Shown here: positions 39,446-50,073 of the stretch, one piece after another
How the letters are laid out: the number at the start of each line of letters is the position of its first letter
Position numbering within the stretch: position 1 is the first letter of the stretch
Source: Nitrososphaera sp.
GTDB taxonomy: Archaea; Thermoproteota; Nitrososphaeria; Nitrososphaerales; Nitrososphaeraceae
Assembly (NCBI GenBank): GCA_052038215.1
Contig: JBQGBZ010000063.1
Coordinates: forward strand, 1-60,690
Direction: 5' to 3'
Length of the DNA stretch: 60,690 bases
Position numbers and translations under genes: made by a program
The notes under the pieces: generated by a model
Told to the model about the DNA's origin: nothing
The model's database searches: none
What the model saw: the letters and a program-made list of their open reading frames with translations, nothing else

Positions 39446-40093
39446 CTAATCTAAGTTCACTACTTCTTCTGCGGACCTTATATCAGTTACACATACAGCT
39501 TCCAGTCCATCATCTCCAAAGACTGAGTCTAATTTGAACGAAATAACATCAGATACAGCTTCTCCCAGAGTGAATGAAAGAGATTCGCCAGTCATACTGC
39601 TGTGTTGTCCTTCAATTTCGCCGGTTGGTACATCGCTGATCCTTACAATGTTATCATCGATTCCTACCTCTCCGGGAGACTGCCATGTGATGTCTACAAT
39701 CCCTTGATCTTCCCCACATTGCTCTACATCACCAAACTTCACAAAATGGTTATGCCAATTTGGATCCTCAATGAATCTTTGAGCTTCGCTGTCCAGTAAT
39801 CCGGCGTGCGTGTGCGCAACTAAGATAGTTTCATCTCCATCGTCTGTAATCATTCCATAACCGAATGCTCCGTGGGTTCCATTAGTTGGTATTTGCACCC
39901 CTTCGACGTCCAATTCAGCTGTGAGTTCACTATCACCGTCGTCACCATCATCATCTGTCGTTACAATAGAAGACCTCTCTATAGTAAGAAAGCTTTCTGC
40001 AGCAAATCCAAAAACTGAATTGATGTCAAACACTATTCCAAGAAATCCTGCAGCAGCTACTACGACTAAACCCAGCGCGGGTCTCTCGTTCAC
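39446..40093 (-). CDS. Secreted or surface acidic hypothetical protein
   Basis: N-terminal signal-like segment; HTHAG..DSE and WHNH motifs. Confidence 0.75.
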   Translation of the reverse strand: MNERPALGLVVVAAAGFLGIVFDINSVFGFAAESFLTIERSSIVTTDDDGDDGDSELTAELDVEGVQIPTNGTHGAFGYGMITDDGDETILVAHTHAGLLDSEAQRFIEDPNWHNHFVKFGDVEQCGEDQGIVDITWQSPGEVGIDDNIVRISDVPTGEIEGQHSSMTGESLSFTLGEAVSDVISFKLDSVFGDDGLEAVCVTDIRSAEEVVNLD

Positions 40094-40250
40094 TTCATTA
40101 TTTTATAGTGCTCGATAGTTATAGAGTTTAGGATATTTTGCTCTATAAGCAATCTCCATTTAGAGAAAGGTAGGTATTTCTTGCTCCAATCAAGAGTCAA
40201 AATAGTTCAAGCTTTAAGCAGATCCAATCCAGTATTGGAATAATATTCAT

Positions 40251-41003
40251 TCATAAAATGTGCGAAAGAACTGCTGCATCTCCTACAATTGAGCCGTCAA
40301 GCGTTATAACAATGCACTTTATCACGCCACGTTGCATCGCTCTTGCGATTATAGGTGAAATGGACTTACGATATGATTTTTCGCCAGTAGCATAAAGATA
40401 GGGGTTAAAAGTCGGCACCACTACAATGTCAACTATACCCTTCTCGGCAAAAATATGTTCCTTTCTTACCTGAAAATATAGCCATACGCGCTCGCCGTTT
40501 ATCACACTCCCTTTCTTTAAGAATACTGGATGTATATGCCCCATCACTATTCGCTTGACGTGTCCTCGAATATCAGAAGGCATACTATGGCCATGCACCA
40601 AAAGTGTATCGTCTAGCATCATCCCCTTGCTGGCTATCATGTTTACATTCATTGGAACTAGATGTCTAATATTGCCATCATGATTGCCAGGCACAAGGTA
40701 TACATCTGCCTTGGTCGAGAGCTGCTTTAAGAAAATGGGCACAGTATCCCACTCTTGCTTGCTTATTGCACCTACCGAGTGTTTGATGTCACCGAGCAGT
40801 ATGATGCTGTCTGCGTGCTCTGACTGGACAAGATCTGACAGTTCAGCAATCATGTCAGAGACAGGGGTCGAACTGATTGTTATCCCCTTTGCAGACAGTT
40901 CTGCTTCAAGCCCGATATGCAAGTCAGATACTGTAATGTATTTTCTGCCTTCATCTTCTTCTAGCAAAATTGCAGCGTGTGGGTGAATTGGTCTTATCTT
41001 CAT
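40251..41003 (-). CDS. Metallophosphoesterase (ICC-like, COG1407 type)
   Basis: SDLHIG, LGDIKH, PGNHD, HGH, MGHIHP. Confidence 0.92.
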   Translation of the reverse strand: MKIRPIHPHAAILLEEDEGRKYITVSDLHIGLEAELSAKGITISSTPVSDMIAELSDLVQSEHADSIILLGDIKHSVGAISKQEWDTVPIFLKQLSTKADVYLVPGNHDGNIRHLVPMNVNMIASKGMMLDDTLLVHGHSMPSDIRGHVKRIVMGHIHPVFLKKGSVINGERVWLYFQVRKEHIFAEKGIVDIVVVPTFNPYLYATGEKSYRKSISPIIARAMQRGVIKCIVITLDGSIVGDAAVLSHIL

Positions 41004-41363
41004 ACTTCTTCACACTTTTTATACGCTGATCGGGCAAATAAGTTAGCCGTGCAGTCTAAAGTGGAATTCATAGTAAGCTCAGGTAGTGTCAAGCAGATGT
41101 TGTTTCTGCCAAGTGGTAAAAAGTTATGGATTGTTATAGGGAGAGACAATGAATACTGGACAGATCCAGAACTTCGCTTTTGCTCATGCAATGACTTCTA
41201 TTTTAATACATTATCACGAGGGCAAGATTGCTATCATCTAAAGAGCGTCATAAAAGCTATAGAACAAAGAGCATTCACAATCATAGAGTTCGATGACAGT
41301 GAATATATGGGCTTATTAAAGGCAATCATAGATGATAACATAATCGTCCTAAGCCGTACTTGA
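40977..41363 (+). CDS. SWIM zinc-finger protein
   Basis: FCSCNDF......CYHL SWIM motif; start uncertain. Confidence 0.82.
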   Translation: MWVNWSYLHTSSHFLYADRANKLAVQSKVEFIVSSGSVKQMLFLPSGKKLWIVIGRDNEYWTDPELRFCSCNDFYFNTLSRGQDCYHLKSVIKAIEQRAFTIIEFDDSEYMGLLKAIIDDNIIVLSRT

Positions 41364-41864
41364 TACTTGGGTACTAGTAGCAGTTGGCTGCGTGGTATCA
41401 GACGGTTCTTGCTGATTCGGATGCACTTCGGGCTTTTCTAAGGTGGTCTTTGCTTCGCCACCCTTTCTTCCAATGGTACTGTAGTACTCTGCTCCGCGCT
41501 CCTGTTTGACAGTCTCGCCACCCCGCTTGCCTATCTCACTGTAAAATTCTGCACCATAACGCTCCTTGACTGCCCCACCACCCTTTTCTCCTATTTCTCG
41601 GTAAAATTCTGCACCATAACGCTCCTTAACGACCTCGCCCCCTCGTCTTCCAGCCTCGCTTAAGCCTTCTCTATCATTTGCTCGCGCTTCTCCACCTGCC
41701 TTGGCGACCCTTAGTCTGGTTTCCGAATTTGCCGCAGCAAGGCCCCTTTTTTGGTGTGGTGCGATGCCTCCTTTACGTGCTACTCTTTGTCTCGTCTCTT
41801 CGTTGGCAGACGCAAGTCCTCTTCGAGCGCGCCCTCTATCAGATGCAGCCTGGTCTGGGCCCAT
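41349..41864 (-). CDS. KGG-repeat general stress protein (GsiB/Em/LEA_5-like)
   Basis: Repeats of RGLA.A..ETR.RVA.KGG and G.EFY.EIG.KGG; start placed at MGPDQ (41864). Confidence 0.88.
   Translation of the reverse strand: MGPDQAASDRGRARRGLASANEETRQRVARKGGIAPHQKRGLAAANSETRLRVAKAGGEARANDREGLSEAGRRGGEVVKERYGAEFYREIGEKGGGAVKERYGAEFYSEIGKRGGETVKQERGAEYYSTIGRKGGEAKTTLEKPEVHPNQQEPSDTTQPTATSTQVSSTA
41460..41650 (-). repeat. About three imperfect 60-nt coding tandem repeats
   Basis: gtaaaattctgcaccataacgctcctt recurs at 60-nt spacing and encodes the 20-aa KGG units. Confidence 0.85.
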
Positions 41865-41960
41865 GCACAGTAGACACGCATATCGCTTAAAAGGGGAAAC
41901 GAAAAAAGTAAGAGAATCATAATCAAACAGTTTATTAGCCGAATATCTTTTGGCATCGTT

Positions 41961-43250
41961 GTGACCTCCTCTGATAATGTTCTCATGGTTGGTTTTGGTG
42001 GTAGAGAGCACGCTATCGGTTGGAAGATTTCACAGAGCAAGCATGTGGGAAAGATCTTTTTTGCTCCAGGCAATGGAGGTACATCTGAAAACATAGATAT
42101 CAAGCATAATGATATCGATAAATTGTTATCATTTGCAAAGCGTCAGAGTAACCTGTTGACGATTGTCGGTCCTGAAGAGCCGCTGTCACTCGGAATCGTT
42201 GATGCCTTTGAAAAAGAAGGTCTGCGTATTTTCGGGCCCAGGAGAGAGCCAGCTAGGCTCGAAACAAGCAAGGCTTTTGCGAAAGAGTTCATGCGCGATA
42301 TAGGCATCAGAACTCCTAAATTTGAAATATTCACTGACCCGGAAAAGGCCAAAGATTATGTCGTTAAGCAGAGCGGACACTTAGTAATCAAGGCAAATGG
42401 TCTTGCAGCAGGCAAAGGTGTAGTTGTGTGTGATAGTACCGATCAAGCTATTGCAGCTATTGAGAACATGCTCATCAAAAATGAGTTTGGAGCTGCCGGC
42501 ACTAAAGTAGTCATTGAAGAGCGCCTTTCTGGTGAAGAGGTATCAATTATTGCGCTTTGCGATGGCAAAACTGTAACGCCTCTGGTGCCAAGCCAAGATC
42601 ACAAGCGTATATTTGATGACGATAGAGGTCCCAACACTGGCGGCATGGGAGCGTATTCTCCAGCGCCAGTAATTGATAGCGACCTTCATGAAGAAATAGT
42701 AAAAGACGTAATGGAACCAGTAGCGGTTGCAATAAAGAATCGTGGCACTCTGTTCAAGGGCTTCCTCTATGCTGGCATAATGCTTGATGAAACAACGAGA
42801 AAGCCCTATGTGCTTGAATTCAACGCAAGAATGGGCGATCCAGAGTGCCAGCCAATAATGATGAGGATGAAATCTGACCTTTATGAATACATTGATGCTG
42901 CAGTGGATGAGAGACTCGAGTTAATGCCCCAGATAGAATGGAGAGATCAGACCGCTGTGTGTGTGGTAATGGCTGCAAGAGGATACCCGGGTAGTTATGA
43001 AAAAGGCAAAGTCATAGAGGGTCTTAACTCTGACTTTGGGCCGCAAGTCATGGTTTTCCATGCAGGTACAGCTAGGGATTCGCAGGGCAGGATTGTGACT
43101 AATGGCGGGCGAGTATTAGGTGTAACTGCACTTGGAGAAGATGCAACCACTGCAATAGACAACGCATACTCTGCTGTTGGAAAAATACGATGGGGAAAAG
43201 ATGAGCAATATTATAGAAGAGATATTGCAAGAAGGGCAATACGTCACTAA
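41961..43250 (+). CDS. purD: Phosphoribosylamine--glycine ligase
   Basis: GGREHA, APGNGG, GLAAGKGV, QDHKR, GPNTGGMG, EFNARMGDPE. Confidence 0.97.
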   Translation: MTSSDNVLMVGFGGREHAIGWKISQSKHVGKIFFAPGNGGTSENIDIKHNDIDKLLSFAKRQSNLLTIVGPEEPLSLGIVDAFEKEGLRIFGPRREPARLETSKAFAKEFMRDIGIRTPKFEIFTDPEKAKDYVVKQSGHLVIKANGLAAGKGVVVCDSTDQAIAAIENMLIKNEFGAAGTKVVIEERLSGEEVSIIALCDGKTVTPLVPSQDHKRIFDDDRGPNTGGMGAYSPAPVIDSDLHEEIVKDVMEPVAVAIKNRGTLFKGFLYAGIMLDETTRKPYVLEFNARMGDPECQPIMMRMKSDLYEYIDAAVDERLELMPQIEWRDQTAVCVVMAARGYPGSYEKGKVIEGLNSDFGPQVMVFHAGTARDSQGRIVTNGGRVLGVTALGEDATTAIDNAYSAVGKIRWGKDEQYYRRDIARRAIRH

Positions 43251-43798
43251 ACATGATGAATGCCATCCTCACTAGCAATTGCATCTAGTCTTTTGTCATA
43301 CAGGTCATATGGCAGATTCTCAACTAATTGAAATGAATATGCAAGCCCAATAGAAAATTTTGTTCGTTTGTTAGCTAGCAACCTGTCATAAAATCCCTTG
43401 CCATATCCAACACGGTTGCCCTTCTTGTCAAAAGCAATACCAGGAACGACCAGCATATTGATCTTATTTATAGGCTCATATGGTGGAGGTTCCATGATAC
43501 CGAACTTACCCTTGACTAAGGTATTTGCCAACTGCAGTTCATAAAATGCGATCTTGTCTCCTTCGACTCGTGGCAGTGCGATCTTTTTGCCCAACATTTT
43601 TGCACACCCAATTATCAACTCTGTCATTACCTCAGAACCAATGGCAAAATATGCTCCGACGACCTCGGCCCGCTGAAACTCCTCAGTGTTAATTACAAAC
43701 TCTTGTATGGTTTTGCTCCTTTTTGTAACATCTTGGGAATTTAGCTTGTTGCGCATCTTAAGCATCTCTTGTCGGATTTCTTCTTTTCCTCGCAGCAG
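43247..43798 (-). CDS. 5-formyltetrahydrofolate cyclo-ligase
   Basis: GSEV, LPRV, VPGIAFD..G.RVGYGKGFYDR; the frame extends upstream to CTG 43798 (xLRGKEEIRQEMLKMR). Confidence 0.92.
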   Translation of the reverse strand: MLRGKEEIRQEMLKMRNKLNSQDVTKRSKTIQEFVINTEEFQRAEVVGAYFAIGSEVMTELIIGCAKMLGKKIALPRVEGDKIAFYELQLANTLVKGKFGIMEPPPYEPINKINMLVVPGIAFDKKGNRVGYGKGFYDRLLANKRTKFSIGLAYSFQLVENLPYDLYDKRLDAIASEDGIHHV

Positions 43799-43806
43799 TT
43801 ACACAC

Positions 43807-44667
43807 TCATCTCTCTCGTATTATAATAGAAGCAGCAGTCACGGTATTTTTCAAAAGCATCGCTCGGGTCATAAGACCTACTCCACCAGGTACCGGCGTT
43901 ATCCAGGATGCTTTTTGCTTTACAGAGTCAAAATCAAGGTCCCCAGTCAACCTACCATTAAGCCGAGCTATCCCAACATCAATAATGACCACATCTTCCT
44001 TTACCATGTTTGCAGTAAGGGTAAAACGCTGACGATTACCCACTGCAGTAACAACCAGATCTGCATTGCGTAGCTTTTCGTTCAGGTCTTTTGTCTTTGA
44101 ATGGCAGATTGTCACTGTGGCATCTCGTTCCAACATCAAGGTTAAAAGCGGTTTCCCCACCAAGTTACTGCGATTTACAATTACTACATCCATCCCAGAT
44201 GCATCTATTTTATAATAATCTAGAAGCTCCATTATACCAGAAGGTGTACAGGGCTTAAGCGCTGCAATACCACTCTGCAGCATGCCAATGTTGTACGGTG
44301 TCAAGCCGTCCACATCCTTTAGTGGATTTAGTGAAGTGAGGATATCGAATTCATGGATATGAGACGGCAGGGGTAGTTGTACCAAAATACCATGGACTGC
44401 AGGATCATTATTTAGGAGTTGTACTAACTCGCGCAGCTCATTCTGCTTAAAGGTAGCTGCAAGTCTATGATCCCTTGTAATGATGCCTACCTCTTTTGCA
44501 TCCTTATGCTTACTTTCAACGTAGGTTGCAGATGCAGGATCATCTCCGACCAGCACAGTCGCAAGGCACGGCTGAACGCCAACCGCCTTTAATTCTCGAA
44601 CCGCTCCCATAACTCTAGATTTTACGTCTGCCGACACGACCTTGCCATCGATTATACGTGCTACCAA
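43807..44667 (-). CDS. folD: Methylenetetrahydrofolate dehydrogenase/cyclohydrolase
   Basis: IIDGK, YVESK, GILVQLPLP, KDVDG, PCTP, TPVPGGVG. Confidence 0.96.
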   Translation of the reverse strand: MVARIIDGKVVSADVKSRVMGAVRELKAVGVQPCLATVLVGDDPASATYVESKHKDAKEVGIITRDHRLAATFKQNELRELVQLLNNDPAVHGILVQLPLPSHIHEFDILTSLNPLKDVDGLTPYNIGMLQSGIAALKPCTPSGIMELLDYYKIDASGMDVVIVNRSNLVGKPLLTLMLERDATVTICHSKTKDLNEKLRNADLVVTAVGNRQRFTLTANMVKEDVVIIDVGIARLNGRLTGDLDFDSVKQKASWITPVPGGVGLMTRAMLLKNTVTAASIIIRER

Positions 44668-44847
44668 TTGAATAAGCGTGAATTTTCCATACTATTTGTT
44701 TTTCTATATATGATAAGGCATAAACTCACATCATACAGTTTAGAGATTTATTAAAATCGACAAATAAGATATAAGAAGAAGAATAATGAAGAAATGCTGC
44801 AACGCTACGTTTTTCAAGCCTTATTAAAGGATTTAAATATAAACCCA

Positions 44848-45465
44848 TTAGTCCTTGTCTATCTCAACCTGTTCAAGGCGTCTTAGTGCTTGAACTATCT
44901 CCTTATGTAACTGCTCAATACTTTGTTCGTCAGTTTTAAACATTTTTGGCCCCATAGGAGTAGCAGATTCCACCTTTGAGCTTTCTGCAAATATCTTGTT
45001 CACCTTTGAGTCAATATCATCTTGGGAAGGAGAAGGAGAAGAAGTAGGGTGGTATTTAGAAAGATCTAACAATTTTTTGTCAAGGGCAGAAATCCGGTTC
45101 TCAACAAACGAAACAAGGCTATTGCGTAGTTCCTTAAGATCCGAAAAGTCTGCCAAAGGTTGAAGATATGCAATCTTTTCGTTGAGTGAATCAAGCTGTT
45201 GTTTATATTTTAGCAACAGTTTGTCACGCTCTAATCTATCGATGCGCCCCTCTTGAGCTGCTTCATATACATGAGTAATCGTTTCAGATGTGAGGTTCTT
45301 TTCGAATAGAAAAGATACAAGTTCGGCCCGTATGGAGGCACGAGATGATGGCGACCGGCTATGCTTTTTACTGTTAAATCTGATCCTAAAGAGCTTATCT
45401 AAAAATACAGCTGATATTACGCCTGCGAAGGATGAGCCGGCTATGAGGATAATTTCTGAGGACAT
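44848..45465 (-). CDS. Membrane-anchored coiled-coil hypothetical protein
   Basis: N-terminal TM segment, coiled coil, C-terminal AL.RLEQ.E. Confidence 0.72.
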   Translation of the reverse strand: MSSEIILIAGSSFAGVISAVFLDKLFRIRFNSKKHSRSPSSRASIRAELVSFLFEKNLTSETITHVYEAAQEGRIDRLERDKLLLKYKQQLDSLNEKIAYLQPLADFSDLKELRNSLVSFVENRISALDKKLLDLSKYHPTSSPSPSQDDIDSKVNKIFAESSKVESATPMGPKMFKTDEQSIEQLHKEIVQALRRLEQVEIDKD

Positions 45466-45516
45466 TCTATGAGGTTTGCCAAGACTTTCTAAAAGAAAAG
45501 CTTTTTCTTACATATA

Positions 45517-45687
45517 TCATATGACCTGTCGCTTAATCCATTCGTATTGGCGAATTCTTGGGTCTGGATAGCCACACTTTGCGCACCTCTTACCTCGCTT
45601 ATGGTATGAATTGTGGCCACACCGTCTGCATCGTATATGGGTTTTTTTACGGGTGAACTTGCCCATCGATGTAGTGCCTTTTGTCAT
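45517..45687 (-). CDS. rpl37e: 50S ribosomal protein eL37 (not in ORF track)
   Basis: [41 protein letters not shown]..., 56 aa, directly downstream of the Sm gene. Confidence 0.96.
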   Translation of the reverse strand: MTKGTTSMGKFTRKKTHIRCRRCGHNSYHKRGKRCAKCGYPDPRIRQYEWIKRQVI

Positions 45688-45710
45688 TTTCCAGTCAGCC
45701 TCTCCTTAGA

Positions 45711-45941
45711 CTATTTTGGAGGTGGTGAGATAATGACTACATTGTCTCCTCTGACAACGATAGTGCCCAGCTCATTAGACTTGCCTTCTTCCAGAATTTC
45801 TACTGAATCTTCAAGCAACAGGTTCATATGCTGATCGAAACCGTGAAGGTTTCCCCTGATGACTTTGCCGCCCTTAAGCTTGATAAGAACAACTTTTCCA
45901 AGACTCTCATCGAGAACTTTCACTGCCATATCTACGGACAA
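45711..45941 (-). CDS. Sm/Lsm-like archaeal protein (SmAP)
   Basis: [19 protein letters not shown]; conserved synteny with rpl37e. Confidence 0.95.
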   Translation of the reverse strand: MSVDMAVKVLDESLGKVVLIKLKGGKVIRGNLHGFDQHMNLLLEDSVEILEEGKSNELGTIVVRGDNVVIISPPPK

Positions 45942-46452
45942 TTAATATTCTACCGAGGGTAGAGCATGATATAGGCATATATTAAAATTTGTTTGGTTCA
46001 CCTTCAGTAAACTTTAGCCTTAAGTATGTCCATGCGATTAGATAGCCATCAATGAGTGATTATTTGGAGAAAACACACATAGTAGAATTGTGTAACTTAT
46101 GACCGACTTCTGGACTCAGGCTAAGATATTTCAATTTCAGCTATATAATACTGTCACTAGAAGATAATCTTTGGTAATTTAATGCCGTGAAAATCGACTT
46201 GTGAAATTGCTACCTCATATCCTTCCCTTATCAATAAAAATAACCACAAGAAATTAGCAGATAGGGCGACACCGGAACAATAATAATCACACTTTAACGA
46301 TTCAGTCAATAAATCTTCTAAACTTTACACGCAAGCGTGGAATAGCGACGCATCTTTAAATTAGTAGTTAATTTTCATAGTGCATATTAGGTTAATTTTA
46401 CCAGAGAGGGAAATCCTAAGGGTTAATAAGTTGGTATACAGGGACTGCTCTA

Positions 46453-48003
46453 TTGGGAATAATGTATCTACCAAAAAGTATTGCATTCTCTCTTACATTA
46501 TTGATCTCGGGCCTGTTATTGATATCCCCTCCAGCCCTTACTATTTTTATTGACCAACCAACACTTCTGAGAGGTGCCGCAGCACAGGAACTAAGCGAAC
46601 ATATTTTACATAATCGACCTCCTCCGTCACCTGAGGTAAATGACCCTAATCTCAGAATTGAAACAGTCTATGAAGGTCTAGAACTTCCTACATCGATGGC
46701 CTTTTTAGGCGTTAATGACATCTTGGTCACTGAAAAAGATTCCGGCCAAGTGCAGAGGGTTGTTGACGGCGAATTGGAGGAGGAGCCTGTAATTGATGTT
46801 GAAGTGGCAAATAATGACGAAAGAGGTTTGTTAGGAATTGACGTTTCTAATACGAATAGCACAGGTACTAACAATCAACGATATGTCTTTCTATTCTTCA
46901 CGGAATCTGGGGGAGGTGAAGATGGAGACGATTGGAGCGATGGCATCGAACCCTCAGGCACTCGTCTTTACAGATACAGCATAACTCAGGGGACTGAAGG
47001 GTTACAATTAACGAATGAGACATTGCTACTAGACCTTCCAGCTACACCTGGTCCTCGCTATCACGGAGGGCCAGTTGCCATCGGTCCAGACAACAATGTC
47101 TATGTGGTCATCGGTACTGTAGATCACCACGAAACACAGGCTCAAAACTTTGAGGATGGTCCACCGCCGGATGGCACTAGCGGAGTAATCAGAATACCAC
47201 AGGATGGCCAAGTAGCAAACATCCAGGGCATCATTAGTGACGAAATTCCTCTAAACCTATATTATGGATATGGCATGAGGCAAAGTTTCGGCTTGGAATT
47301 TGACCCTATAACTGGCAACCTATGGGATACAGAGAATGGTCCGAGTAATTATGATGAGCTCAACCTTGTTGAGCCAGGTTTTAACAGCGGCTGGAGAGAC
47401 TTGTCAGGATTGGCTGAACGTGCAGGCGATGTAGATATAGAAGAAGACTTGGTATATTTTGATGATAGGGGCAAGTATAGCGATCCAGAATTCACATGGC
47501 AACAAACTGTTGCTCCAACGGGGCTAGACTTCCTTAATTCAAGTGCACTGGGTGCTGCATATCAAAATGATTTGTTTGTAGGCGATTATAATAACGGCAA
47601 TTTATATCATTTTGAATTAAATGAAAATAGAACACAGCTTATACTAGGAGGAGGCTTGGCAGATAGAGCGCTAGATCCAGGAGACGAAGTCAATGACATA
47701 TTATTTGGAACAGGATTTGGAGGAATTGCGGATGTTAAAGTTGGACCTGATGGATATCTCTACATACTAACATTTCAAGATGATGGTGGCTCAATATTCA
47801 GAATAGTTCCTGAAAGTCTATCAAATAATGCTGACGAAGAAGATGAAGAAGAAGATGAAACAACAGTCGCTACTACTGATAATGGTGATACGAACGGTGC
47901 TGATGATGCTGACGAAGGAGAAGATGAAGCAACGGTCGAAGACACGGGTACCCCCAGCTTGGGGCAAATATTAGCAGAAAGAATAACTGTGACCCCGCCC
48001 TAA
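46453..48003 (+). CDS. PQQ-dependent glucose/sorbosone dehydrogenase family, secreted, with acidic tail
   Basis: Signal/TM segment, PTSMAF, ERGLLGI, HGG..GPD, YGMR.SFG, ENGP..YDELN, GPDGYLY. Confidence 0.9.
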   Translation: MGIMYLPKSIAFSLTLLISGLLLISPPALTIFIDQPTLLRGAAAQELSEHILHNRPPPSPEVNDPNLRIETVYEGLELPTSMAFLGVNDILVTEKDSGQVQRVVDGELEEEPVIDVEVANNDERGLLGIDVSNTNSTGTNNQRYVFLFFTESGGGEDGDDWSDGIEPSGTRLYRYSITQGTEGLQLTNETLLLDLPATPGPRYHGGPVAIGPDNNVYVVIGTVDHHETQAQNFEDGPPPDGTSGVIRIPQDGQVANIQGIISDEIPLNLYYGYGMRQSFGLEFDPITGNLWDTENGPSNYDELNLVEPGFNSGWRDLSGLAERAGDVDIEEDLVYFDDRGKYSDPEFTWQQTVAPTGLDFLNSSALGAAYQNDLFVGDYNNGNLYHFELNENRTQLILGGGLADRALDPGDEVNDILFGTGFGGIADVKVGPDGYLYILTFQDDGGSIFRIVPESLSNNADEEDEEEDETTVATTDNGDTNGADDADEGEDEATVEDTGTPSLGQILAERITVTPP

Positions 48004-48527
48004 ATTAATAAAGTTATTAGACAGAGAAGAGGAACCGAGAGGTAAAAAAGACTACAGACTATAATTTTTTCCATACAAGGGATTCTACAACACACGAGAG
48101 AATATAGGTCGGCTCAAGAAAATGATGCGCAAACAAAGGCAGAGATTCAATTCATTAATGCTTCATGAGAAGAGCAATACAGGCAAAAGCTTTTGATATT
48201 ATTGCACATCAGAAGGCTGAACAACAGGATTTAAACATTTTTTCCCAATTTCCTTTTGCTCTCAAAGAATGTTGTCTGCTCAAATCAATAACTAAATCAG
48301 TCAACTTTCAAGCAGGCAAAGTCTTAAGAAGTATTAGAAAGTAGCATGTAATATTAATTCACGCCTACAAATGGCAGGCATGTGGATAACACTTCGAATT
48401 TTCACTAAAATAATACGGTTGTAATATAATATAACTATTTTACGTGATTAATAAATAAATGGACAATTAAGTAGATTTCACCATATGATCTAATAAGGTA
48501 GTGCTAACTTAAAAACAATAACACGAT

Positions 48528-48713
48528 ATGGCAAGAGCAAAATCAAAGAGTCCAGCAAAAACAAGGTCCAAAAAAGCAGCAGCTGGGAGAAAAGGAGGCA
48601 AAAAAGGGGGTCGCGCATCAGCGGCAACTAAAAGAAGGCGAGTAAGCAAGAAAGCAACAACATCCACCAGTGCTACGGGATCTGATGCTGTGACCACAGG
48701 GGCTACAACATAA
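48528..48713 (+). CDS. Small, very basic K/R/A/S-rich protein
   Basis: MARAKSKSPAKTRSKKAAAGRKGGKKGG..., 61 aa, isolated in an intergenic space with an AT-rich upstream region. Confidence 0.7.
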   Translation: MARAKSKSPAKTRSKKAAAGRKGGKKGGRASAATKRRRVSKKATTSTSATGSDAVTTGATT

Positions 48714-49063
48714 AAAATAATCAGACCAAGAAAATAGCGGAAAGCATAGATTCATTTTAACTACCTAAATTTTTTAGAGAAACATGTTGACGGTATAGTA
48801 TCTTAATTGTAGCGCAGTCGTGATCGTCTTTGAATGATCTAAATGTAGACAGTCAGAGTTCATGTGTATACACTAATAGATTTCTCTCTTTTTGTTCGCA
48901 AACACTCAGAGAAAAGCTGGGATGATAATCGAAAATAGGTTAGCTAATTCTGTAGAGCATTAAAGCTAAGGTGTTACTTACTATAACAATTAACTACAAC
49001 AATTAGAACTGGCCATGTCTCCTAAAATATCCTTAAAATAGCGTCGATCCCAGCATATCGCTG

Positions 49064-49600
49064 TTGAATAATGGTCTTTTCATTGGCAGATTCCAGCCGT
49101 TCCATAAAGGGCACCTTGCCACTGTTAAATTTGCGTTGGAGAAGGTCGAACATCTCGTGATAGTAGTTGGAAGTGCACAGAAGAGTCATGAACCTAGAAA
49201 TCCGTTCACAGCGGGTGAGAGAATTAGGATGATAAAAGAATCCCTCGATATCGATAGCGAAACAGATGTCCGGCGGATACTGATAATCCCAATTCCAGAT
49301 ACTGATGTGCACTCACTTTGGACCCACCAAGTGGATATGCTTGTACCAAAATACGATGTTGTCTTTGCAAATGATCTATTTACACTCATGCTGTTTCGAG
49401 AGCAAGGCGTCAAGGCAATTGAAGCGCCTCTTTATAGACGCGATGAGATGAGGGCTACCGAAATTAGAAGAAGAATGGCTGCGGAAGAAATTTGGGAAGA
49501 TCTTGTTCCAATGCCTGTCTCAAAAGTAATAAAGGAAATAAATGGTGTTGAAAGGGTCAAGGCGCTTTCGCGAAGAGATCCGCCAAGTCATATCACATAA
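49064..49600 (+). CDS. nadM: Nicotinamide-nucleotide adenylyltransferase
   Basis: GRFQPFHKGH, GSAQ.SH..NPFTAGER, ATEIR. Confidence 0.95.
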   Translation: MNNGLFIGRFQPFHKGHLATVKFALEKVEHLVIVVGSAQKSHEPRNPFTAGERIRMIKESLDIDSETDVRRILIIPIPDTDVHSLWTHQVDMLVPKYDVVFANDLFTLMLFREQGVKAIEAPLYRRDEMRATEIRRRMAAEEIWEDLVPMPVSKVIKEINGVERVKALSRRDPPSHIT

Positions 49601-49646
49601 GTAGAAAATAATATATTTCTAGCTGACTGACCATAAAATGTAATCA

Positions 49647-50045
49647 ATGTTGTTTGGCAATAAGAATGGTGGCAAGGATGGAGGACGGCCAGCTTCAAGC
49701 TTTGTTAATGAATCGTGGTATATTGACCTGCAAAAGTTAACGAATGAAGAGCTAATGCGCATGTATACCATGATATCTGACGGTCATTACAGGTTTGCCA
49801 AAAATGCCTGGTATATTCCAATTGAGAAAGACCATCGCTGTCCTATCATGGTTGCCAAAGGCTACAGGTCGCCAGATACGTTGGATAGGATGGCAGAATT
49901 TCAGGATACAGCAAAGATGCTGGAAAGTGACTTTCTGAATTTTATCGACGCATGGGATTTTGGATACATTACTGAGCAAGACATCGAAAAGGCGATTCTA
50001 AAGATACTAGAATCAAGAAACATCGCGATAACTGAACATAGTTAA
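49647..50045 (+). CDS. Hypothetical protein
   Basis: 132-aa ORF with CP.MVA and FIDAWD; co-oriented with neighbours. Confidence 0.65.
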   Translation: MLFGNKNGGKDGGRPASSFVNESWYIDLQKLTNEELMRMYTMISDGHYRFAKNAWYIPIEKDHRCPIMVAKGYRSPDTLDRMAEFQDTAKMLESDFLNFIDAWDFGYITEQDIEKAILKILESRNIAITEHS

Positions 50046-50073
50046 TACCTAATATGTCTAAGTCAATACCAAA

